Sequence record: NC_018087.3
Source of the DNA: Acinetobacter phage ZZ1
Length of the DNA: 64,000 nucleotides
Direction: 5' to 3' (one strand)
The translations under genes and the position numbers were made by a program. Below are positions 39,575-45,204 of this stretch, one piece after another. The notes beneath the pieces were generated by a model that ran no database searches, was not told the origin of the DNA, and saw only the letters and a list, made by a program, of their open reading frames with translations. Numbering within the stretch: the stretch's first letter is position 1; every line of letters begins with the position of its first letter.

Positions 39575-39606
39575 CACTCATACCAACACAACATGAGTAA
39601 ATTGAA

Positions 39607-40026
39607 ATGAAAAACTTATTTTTAGTAATGACTGCAAACTTCGAAGTTTCTTATGTATCTACTGCACCGGTTGCAGATAATGGAGCTGAAATTGTTGTAC
39701 GTCAAGATATTCTTAAACATCTTAGTGTTACACAATTGGTTCAAATCGCTAAAAGCATGAACCCTGAATTAAAAGTTAATAATAAACAAGCGCGTGAAAT
39801 CATTCTCACTGCTATTGATGAAGAAATTGTTAAAATCCCAGTTAAATCGACTGAAACTAAAACAGTATCTTCTAAATCAATTTGTTATGCGGCATTTGAT
39901 TTAATCGATATGGATAATAAAGAAGTTGCACGTTCTACTGTTGAAGCTTTGATTACAGAGCACAATATTCCAAAACGTGTTGTTCAATCTTATGCATCAA
40001 ACTATCGTAAAGCTAAACGCGCATAA
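39607..40026 (+). CDS. hypothetical protein (139 aa), opposite orientation to flanking genes
   Basis: Lone plus-strand ORF with its own promoter-like element and a strong downstream terminator. Confidence 0.45.
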   Translation: MKNLFLVMTANFEVSYVSTAPVADNGAEIVVRQDILKHLSVTQLVQIAKSMNPELKVNNKQAREIILTAIDEEIVKIPVKSTETKTVSSKSICYAAFDLIDMDNKEVARSTVEALITEHNIPKRVVQSYASNYRKAKRA

Positions 40027-40044
40027 AATTTAAGTATGAAAAAA

Positions 40045-40070
40045 CCCGCAAATTGCGGGTTTTCTTTTAT
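40045..40070. terminator. bidirectional rho-independent terminator
   Basis: Hairpin CCCGCAAATTGCGGG preceded by an A-run and followed by TTTTCTTTTATTT. Confidence 0.6.
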
Positions 40071-40161
40071 TTGGCGGAAAGCAGTGTAGTCGAAACACAA
40101 CCGATTTAACGGTCCACTCGGTTAGCAGTCGGTGCCAATGACCTCATTGATTTACTTTCCA

Positions 40162-40392
40162 TTATTGAATTACTGCAGTAGGTGTATAAAAATTAGATAA
40201 TACACTTAAAATCTTATCTAATTCAACTAATGCATGATATCGATTTTTATAAACTGATCTATGTTCGGTACATTCAACTTTGATACCAGTTGAAATATGA
40301 GTAACTCGAACACCTCTATCGGGCGTATTAACCCAATTACTATGTTTGCCTACTCTAAATGTATCAATTCTAATATCAGAAGGTAGTAGCAT
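40162..40392 (-). CDS. release-factor GGQ-domain-like protein lacking the GGQ motif (76 aa)
   Basis: DIRIDTFRVGKHSNWVNTPDRGVRVTHISTGIKVECTEHRSVYKNRYHAL aligns with the RF1/RF2 domain-3 core ([49 protein letters not shown]), but GGQ is replaced (HSN/KHS). Confidence 0.55.
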   Translation of the reverse strand: MLLPSDIRIDTFRVGKHSNWVNTPDRGVRVTHISTGIKVECTEHRSVYKNRYHALVELDKILSVLSNFYTPTAVIQ

Positions 40393-40404
40393 TTTAATTT
40401 CCTC

Positions 40405-40510
40405 ATTTAAAAATACGAGCGGGAATCGAACCCGCTAGCGCCGTATGGTCTTACGCGAACCATTCTTTCAATGGAATCGAACCATCTGCAGCCTCCGCCG
40501 GCACCTTCCA
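40405..40510 (-). other. tRNA-like remnant: two tandem T-arm/acceptor-like minihelices
   Basis: Minus strand contains GATGGTTCGATTCCATT and GCGGGTTCGATTCCCGC T-arm-like hairpins, but no canonical cloverleaf could be folded. Confidence 0.3.
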
Positions 40511-40518
40511 CCAAGGTA

Positions 40519-40968
40519 TCAGGTAATAATATAAATTGGTTTTTGTGGTAATATCGTCTCTAAATTATCAATAGTTCGACGAATTTTTGCCATCAAGTTT
40601 TTATCAACAATTGCGTCAGGTCCAACATTAATAAAAACACGTTCGATTGTTTTAAGGGCATCAAATCCACGTAAGGAATTTGCATTTCTATAACCAGTAG
40701 AAAAAATAAAACAATCTTGGCCCAAATCAGATTTAAAATTCCGTGCTGCAGGTAAAGACTGTGCAACATAAAGATCAGTATCTTTATTAAAAATTTCTAA
40801 AATATTTTTAGTACAATTAATAGGTGTGCACACATAAATCATACGATTGTAAATGGCATCTATAGGTTTATACGTTATTGGAGTTGTGGTTGCAGCTTTC
40901 TCTTTTACCTTATGGCATGTAAGATCTAAAAATCGTTGTAACTCATTCATAACATTCCATCCAAACAT
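40519..40968 (-). CDS. hypothetical protein (149 aa)
   Basis: ORF immediately downstream of the tRNA-island terminator. Confidence 0.4.
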   Translation of the reverse strand: MFGWNVMNELQRFLDLTCHKVKEKAATTTPITYKPIDAIYNRMIYVCTPINCTKNILEIFNKDTDLYVAQSLPAARNFKSDLGQDCFIFSTGYRNANSLRGFDALKTIERVFINVGPDAIVDKNLMAKIRRTIDNLETILPQKPIYIIT

Positions 40969-40980
40969 AATAAAAAATTG

Positions 40981-41005
40981 CCCAGGTTGGTAAGTTCAAC
41001 CTGGG
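40981..41005 (-). terminator. rho-independent terminator downstream of the tRNA array
   Basis: Hairpin CCCAGGTTG-gtaagtt-CAACCTGGG followed on the minus strand by a TTTTTTATT run. Confidence 0.55.
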
Positions 41006-41033
41006 TCTTACAAGTCCCTTTAGGGAACTATTT

Positions 41034-41108
41034 GGCGGCGTCGCCAAGGACTCGAACCCTGGATTGCGGATTTGGAATCCACCGTGTTTCCAACTACACT
41101 AACGACCC
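41034..41108 (-). tRNA. tRNA-Trp (anticodon CCA)
   Basis: Manual fold: D-stem GTGT/ACAC, anticodon stem GTGGA/TCCGC, loop TTCCAAA, T-arm CAGGG-TTCGAGT-CCTTG. Acceptor has one G.G mismatch and CCA is not exactly encoded. Confidence 0.55.
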
Positions 41109-41347
41109 TTAAACTGCAAATGTGCCAGCATGAAATAATCTCAAACACAATATAAAACATGTTGTCAACGCAGGAAAGCTTAATGGCATGTCACGATATA
41201 AATTGACAAGTGCATGCAAGCTGTTCTTTTTTAATTATATAGTAAGCACCAACAAATTGTGAAACGGTGGAATGAGTGAGGCAATTTGCTTTACTCAAGT
41301 ACCTATACTTACTATAGTGTATATTCGTCTTACGAGAAATATACAAA

Positions 41348-41425
41348 TTGGTCTCCGTAGAATGATTTGAACATTCGACACCTGCGTCCCAAACGCAGTG
41401 CTCTACCAGACTGAGCTATACGGAG
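41348..41425 (-). tRNA. tRNA-Pro (anticodon UGG)
   Basis: Manual fold: acceptor CTCCGTA/TACGGAG, anticodon loop TTTGGGA (G37), T-arm GAATG-TTCAAAT-CATTC, encoded CCA. Confidence 0.7.
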
Positions 41426-41431
41426 TTAAAA

Positions 41432-41518
41432 TGGTGTGCCCCCTGGGATTCGAACCCAGATAGCGTTAGCGCCGGAGTTACAGTCCGGTGAGTATGGCCA
41501 ATAACTCGAACGAGACAC
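41432..41518 (-). tRNA. tRNA-Tyr (anticodon GUA), type II with long variable arm
   Basis: Acceptor GTGTCTC/GGGGCAC (G.U wobbles), anticodon arm CCGGA-CTGTAAC-TCCGG, variable arm GCG-CTAA-CGC, T-arm CTGGG-TTCGAAT-CCCAG, CCA. Confidence 0.7.
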
Positions 41519-41638
41519 ATAAATTGCCGTGAAATGTCCTTTTATACTTTCGAGCATTTCACCACTCAATAAGTAAATCTTGAAGCTTTGTTTGTTTTAC
41601 AAGAGGAAACTTCGTCCTGCTTATCAGGCAATTAAATC

Positions 41639-41733
41639 TGGCGGAAGGTGAGGGGGTCGAACCCTCAAGGCGTGTCACCACGCTCGACTGATTTCAAGTC
41701 AGCTGCCGTCGCCAGCTTTCGGCTTGACCTTCC
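41639..41733 (-). tRNA. tRNA-Ser (anticodon UGA), type II
   Basis: Acceptor GGAAGGT/ACCTTCC, anticodon loop CTTGAAA, long variable arm GCGTG-GTGA-CACGC, T-arm GAGGG-TTCGACC-CCCTC, G73, CCA. Confidence 0.7.
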
Positions 41734-41800
41734 AATAAAATATTGACGACCTAAGAACCTTTACACCAATAATGGAGACTTAGGACCCTTTACATCAATT

Positions 41801-41879
41801 TGGCTCCCACCGTGAGATTCGAACTCACCTAACCTCGGATTAACAGTCCGGTCCATGCACCTAGCTCGGATTCGTGGGA
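41801..41879 (-). tRNA. tRNA-Asn (anticodon GUU)
   Basis: Anticodon loop CUGUUAA as in E. coli tRNA-Asn, T-arm GTGAG-TTCGAAT-CTCAC, acceptor with one mismatch, CCA. Confidence 0.65.
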
Positions 41880-41886
41880 ATAATTC

Positions 41887-41962
41887 TGGTGCCGACACGA
41901 GGATTTGAACCCCGGACCCTCTGATTACAAAACAGACGCTCTACCAACTGAGCTATGACGGC
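41887..41962 (-). tRNA. tRNA-Thr (anticodon UGU)
   Basis: D-arm GCTC-AGTTGGTA-GAGC, anticodon loop TTTGTAA, T-arm CGGGG-TTCAAAT-CCTCG, acceptor GCCGTCA/TGTCGGC (one U.U), CCA. Confidence 0.7.
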
Positions 41963-42058
41963 AAATCATTAATCAAATGAACCCGGGATACAATTTGAAT
42001 TTTGCGAGGATAAGTCGCTCATCTACCGGTATCGCCAAGATCATTTGATTAATGATCT
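41962..42058. repeat. 17-bp perfect inverted repeat flanking a 60-nt structured insert, abutting the 5' end of tRNA-Thr
   Basis: AATCATTAATCAAATGA (41962-41978) and its exact reverse complement TCATTTGATTAATGATC (42041-42058). The insert contains an anticodon-arm-like hairpin GCGA-CTTATCC-TCGC. Confidence 0.5.
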
Positions 42059-42364
42059 TATACATTTATTTATACAACCCAAAAGGGCACCAGTATGACC
42101 ACTTGCCGAGAACACAGTGAGTTAAAACTCTTTATGACAAGATTAATAAAATTTGATCGCTAAAACTTTGAACTTTACGAAATAAAAACTTTAATCTTTG
42201 AGATTTAAACTTTAAGCTTTCGCAATTTTGGGATAATGTACAGTCTTCGCGCATGGGAATCTGTATCACCATCAAAGTTCTATAACCTTAGAAGTTAGCC
42301 GATTTTAGGATGCATCGGCTAGAACCCTCTACAGTTTTTGATCATACTGATTTTATTTAAAACA

Positions 42365-42934
42365 TTAATCTAAAACAATTAATGGATTATTTTCTGTTAA
42401 AATTGCGTCGAATTCAAGCTCGAAGAAATCTATTGTCTTTTTAATTTCATCGAGTTCTTCTTGTATGTCCAGAATTGTAGGTTTTTCTCGTTTTTCCAAC
42501 AATGTCTTGAACTCGGCGTCATCTGATGGAGTTTTGAGCATCTTAGCATCAAACTCACGTTCAACTTGAACAAACAGTGAACGATTTGCAGCTAAATCTT
42601 TTTGCATTTTAGCATATAAGGCTTTAAGCTGAGGTAAAACATGAGTACGATATGTTAACGCATCATTAATACTCATTTCCATGTTGCCAATTTGAATTGT
42701 ATGTTTTGCATTGGCTCGATTAATTGCACAGCGCAATTTAAATTCTTCAGCTAAGCGATCTTTAAATGATTGAATATTACGACGACTTCCTTCAGAAAAT
42801 TCTTTAACCGGTCGTGCTGTTGAAATTTCAACTCCATTACGGAATACACCAGAAAATGCTGCATCACGAAGATCTGAAGTGAATGATACTTTATTGCGTT
42901 TTAACGTAACTAAACCACGAGCGATTGTAGTCAT
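42365..42934 (-). CDS. hypothetical protein (189 aa) embedded in the tRNA island
   Basis: ORF between the two tRNA sub-clusters. Confidence 0.4.
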   Translation of the reverse strand: MTTIARGLVTLKRNKVSFTSDLRDAAFSGVFRNGVEISTARPVKEFSEGSRRNIQSFKDRLAEEFKLRCAINRANAKHTIQIGNMEMSINDALTYRTHVLPQLKALYAKMQKDLAANRSLFVQVEREFDAKMLKTPSDDAEFKTLLEKREKPTILDIQEELDEIKKTIDFFELEFDAILTENNPLIVLD

Positions 42935-43155
42935 AATAAATTCCTCTATTCAAAATAAACTTTATGTGATCATTATATCATTAAATTATGAAAAGCAACT
43001 TAATTACTAATCATGTCCAACTTTTTTATTACATAATATACAAGTAGATTCTTTAGAATAATAACCCATATCATTTAACATTCTAGCTGTATATGAATCA
43101 TTATCTTTAGTTACTTGATAATAATGTTTGCAAAATAACTGTTTGAAGAACTTAA

Positions 43156-43398
43156 TCATTTAAGACGCACCTTGGCTTCAAAAACAAATCTGTATTCATC
43201 ATCCGTCAAAACTTTGGCTCGTTCATAAGAAGTTGCCATTCTTAAAACGGCACCAGTATATGATACAATTGCAAAAACACAATTTTTAGAATCTTTATTG
43301 GCAATTTCACCAACTTTAAATCTAAATTTTTTATACGTATATTTATTATCATACGTACATAAAAATTGTGCTAAATTTTTAGAAAATGTAAATCTCAT
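43156..43398 (-). CDS. hypothetical protein (80 aa) embedded in the tRNA island
   Basis: ORF. Confidence 0.35.
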   Translation of the reverse strand: MRFTFSKNLAQFLCTYDNKYTYKKFRFKVGEIANKDSKNCVFAIVSYTGAVLRMATSYERAKVLTDDEYRFVFEAKVRLK

Positions 43399-43599
43399 TA
43401 ATTTACCATCTTCATTTAAAATTCCATAAATTGAACGGCTTGATGTTTTATCAATGCACTTGCGACAAATCTATTTATTCATGGTAAACCTCATCAATTA
43501 AGGGTTAAAAGAAATAAAGGAGGTTTTTCATTCAAGGACCTCATACCTTTGCCAATGAGAGGGCATGCTAAGCAGTGGTCACATCTCAGGCTATGAATT

Positions 43600-43675
43600 T
43601 GGTGGATACCGGGAGTGCTTGCACCTCCAATCAACTACGTTGTCCGCTGCTTTACTATTTAAGCTAACAGTACCC
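43600..43675 (-). ncRNA. atypical tRNA-like RNA gene (acceptor stem + CCA, non-canonical arms)
   Basis: Minus strand GGGTACT...GGTATCC-A-CCA forms a 7-bp acceptor stem (with G.U) and a D-arm-like GCTT-AAATAGTA-AAGC. It lies 1 nt 3' of tRNA-Cys, but the T-loop is GTGCAAGCA and no clear anticodon arm exists. Confidence 0.3.
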
Positions 43676-43676
43676 A

Positions 43677-43753
43677 TGGAGACGCCGGATGGATTCGAAC
43701 CCTCATCGACGCGGATTTGCAATCCGCCGCATAACCAATTCTGCCACGACGTC
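43677..43753 (-). tRNA. tRNA-Cys (anticodon GCA)
   Basis: Acceptor GACGTCG/CGGCGTC, anticodon arm GCGGA-TTGCAAA-TCCGC, T-loop TTCGAAT (one mismatch in T-stem), U73, CCA. Confidence 0.6.
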
Positions 43754-43944
43754 ATAAAATTTATTAAATGCAAGCAACTTCCTCAGTTTCCCCTGGCTAC
43801 CACACCAGTGCATTAAAGTTTCATTTATCTAGCATGACAGTCCCTGCAGTGACCAACATATTCAATAAAATTATTCAAAACTACATTTTCGGGAGCGACC
43901 CTATTCACTTCGTTTTTATATGCTATACTTGCTCTAATAAATCT

Positions 43945-44021
<77 letters not shown>

Positions 44022-44026
44022 AAAAA

Positions 44027-44102
44027 TGGTCCGCCTGACAGGATTCGAACCTGTGTGAGTCGCAATAGAACTACGATGCCTAATCCATTCGGCCACAGAC
44101 GG
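44027..44102 (-). tRNA. tRNA-Arg (anticodon UCU)
   Basis: Acceptor CCGTCTG/CAGGCGG, anticodon arm TCGTA-GTTCTAT-TGCGA, T-arm ACAGG-TTCGAAT-CCTGT, CCA. T4 also carries tRNA-Arg(UCU). Confidence 0.65.
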
Positions 44103-44107
44103 ATGTT

Positions 44108-44188
44108 TGGTGGAAAAGACAAGAATTGCACTTGCATATCCAGGAGTTATTAAGTTCCCGGGCGTTCACTTTGTTTCGCCACTTTCCC
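44108..44188 (-). ncRNA. atypical tRNA-like gene with expanded (10-nt) anticodon loop ACUUAAUAAC and T-loop TGCAATT
   Basis: Acceptor GGGAAAG/CTTTTCC, A73, CCA; D-arm GGCG-loop-CGCC; anticodon stem CGGGA/TCCTG around a 10-nt loop; T-arm GCAAG-TGCAATT-CTTGT. Packed 5-7 nt from the flanking tRNAs like a real tRNA gene. Confidence 0.35.
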
Positions 44189-44195
44189 ATAAATT

Positions 44196-44269
44196 TGGTC
44201 GTTCAGGACGGATTCGAACCGTCACACAGAGTTTTAGGGACTCCTGGTCTACCGTTAACCTACTGAACG
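44196..44269 (-). tRNA. tRNA with anticodon CUA (amber/UAG-reading; suppressor-type), identity unknown
   Basis: Perfect acceptor CGTTCAG/CTGAACG, A73, CCA; D-arm GGTT-AACGGTA-GACC; anticodon stem GGAGT/ACTCT (one G.U) with loop CCCUAAA, so 34-36 = CUA; T-arm GACGG-TTCGAAT-CCGTC. C33 instead of U33 is unusual. Confidence 0.5.
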
Positions 44270-44272
44270 AAA

Positions 44273-44291
44273 CCCGCTAAAATAAAGCGGG
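44273..44291 (-). terminator. hairpin (terminator or processing signal) immediately 5' of the CUA tRNA
   Basis: CCCGCT-aaaataa-AGCGGG; on the minus strand it is followed by TTT and then tRNA nucleotide 1. Confidence 0.45.
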
Positions 44292-44440
44292 AGTTGATCA
44301 AGTTACGCATTATCAAGAGGCTATTGATCCATGAAAATAAAATTACTTGACCATCCTGGCAGATTTGTTGGAATTCCACCAACTATCTCCATCATATCTA
44401 AGATGGCATTCTAATCTTGAACTATAATCCACTAGGTCAA

Positions 44441-44576
44441 AGTAACTTTTAAATGATAACGAATATTGATGGGACTCGAACCACATATCAACCGGGTTTA
44501 ACAGGCCGGTTATGCTCCAGTATCAGGCGCAAGCTTAACCAATTAGCTACTAATTCATTATCATTTAAAAGTTACC
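44441..44576 (-). pseudogene. degenerate type-II tRNA-like element flanked by 18-bp perfect inverted repeat (23-bp stem overall)
   Basis: GTAACTTTTAAATGATAA (44441-44458) and its exact reverse complement (44559-44576). The enclosed ~95 nt has a canonical D-arm (AGCT-AATTGGTTA-AGCT), an Asn-like CTGTTAA hairpin and a TTCGAGT T-loop, but the stems do not close into a cloverleaf. Confidence 0.35.
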
Positions 44577-44601
44577 TCTTAATTGAGGTAACTGAGGTAA
44601 T

Positions 44602-44859
44602 TTAAGCAGTTGCTTCAACTAAACCTAATTTAACAGCGTTTTCATAATCTACCATTTCAATTGCATCCATGATAGTGTCAAAATCTTCATTGACAGCAGT
44701 TTGAATAATATCGCCATTACGTGCTTCAAATGTTACCGCTACTACACCGTTTTCATATTGAACTAGGCCGCGGATTTTAGCTGCATCAAGAGCAAAACGT
44801 GCAATATTAGTAGCTTGTGGTACGTCTTTACGAACAGATAAAGAAATGCGAGTTGCCAT
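44602..44859 (-). CDS. hypothetical protein (85 aa) in the ipI position, with late promoter
   Basis: ORF between 57B and the tRNA island; TATAAATA (minus strand) lies ~35 nt upstream. Confidence 0.4.
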   Translation of the reverse strand: MATRISLSVRKDVPQATNIARFALDAAKIRGLVQYENGVVAVTFEARNGDIIQTAVNEDFDTIMDAIEMVDYENAVKLGLVEATA

Positions 44860-44891
44860 GATGTTTTCCTTTAAGGTTTAATTTACAAAAA

Positions 44892-44899
44892 TATTTATA
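44892..44899 (-). promoter_or_regulatory. T4-type late promoter TATAAATA (minus strand)
   Basis: Forward TATTTATA is TATAAATA on the minus strand, upstream of ORF 44602..44859. Confidence 0.5.
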
Positions 44900-45116
44900 C
44901 AGCAGTTTTTCTATTTTGACGAAAATCAATAATAGAAGAAATAAATGCAAAAATCATTGAGATGCCAATAAATTTCAATGAAGTAAATCCCATTGTTTTA
45001 ATTTCAGCATTTGTCATAAAAATACCAAAAATAGCCGTTGCTAATGCAACTAACATACCTACAGCAAAAATGCTATAACCTACTTTGTTAAAGAACTCTA
45101 CAGATTTGGTTTTCAT
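44895..45116 (-). CDS. small membrane protein (73 aa)
   Basis: Two transmembrane helices. Confidence 0.35.
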   Translation of the reverse strand: MKTKSVEFFNKVGYSIFAVGMLVALATAIFGIFMTNAEIKTMGFTSLKFIGISMIFAFISSIIDFRQNRKTAV

Positions 45117-45204
45117 AACAATTTACTCAATGTTTGTTAACTTGATAAAATCATAATATCACACTTTTTTGAAAAGCGTTAATACTTTTTTTAAAAATTT
45201 TAAA

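Noticed and set aside
40076-40140. A canonical tRNA on either strand at 40076-40140
   Set aside because: It has a CCA-like end and hairpins but no acceptor/T-arm pairing consistent with a cloverleaf. Kept only as a structured element.
42150-42240. CRISPR array interpretation of the AAACTTTRA iterations
   Set aside because: The repeats are ~9 nt with irregular short spacers, far below CRISPR repeat/spacer dimensions, and there are no cas genes.
44196-44269. Alternative reading of the CUA tRNA anticodon loop as UAA/Leu or AAA
   Set aside because: The only 5-bp anticodon stem that forms (GGAGU/ACUCU) fixes the 7-nt loop as CCCUAAA; other registers break the stem. C33 is atypical, so predictor confirmation is still required.
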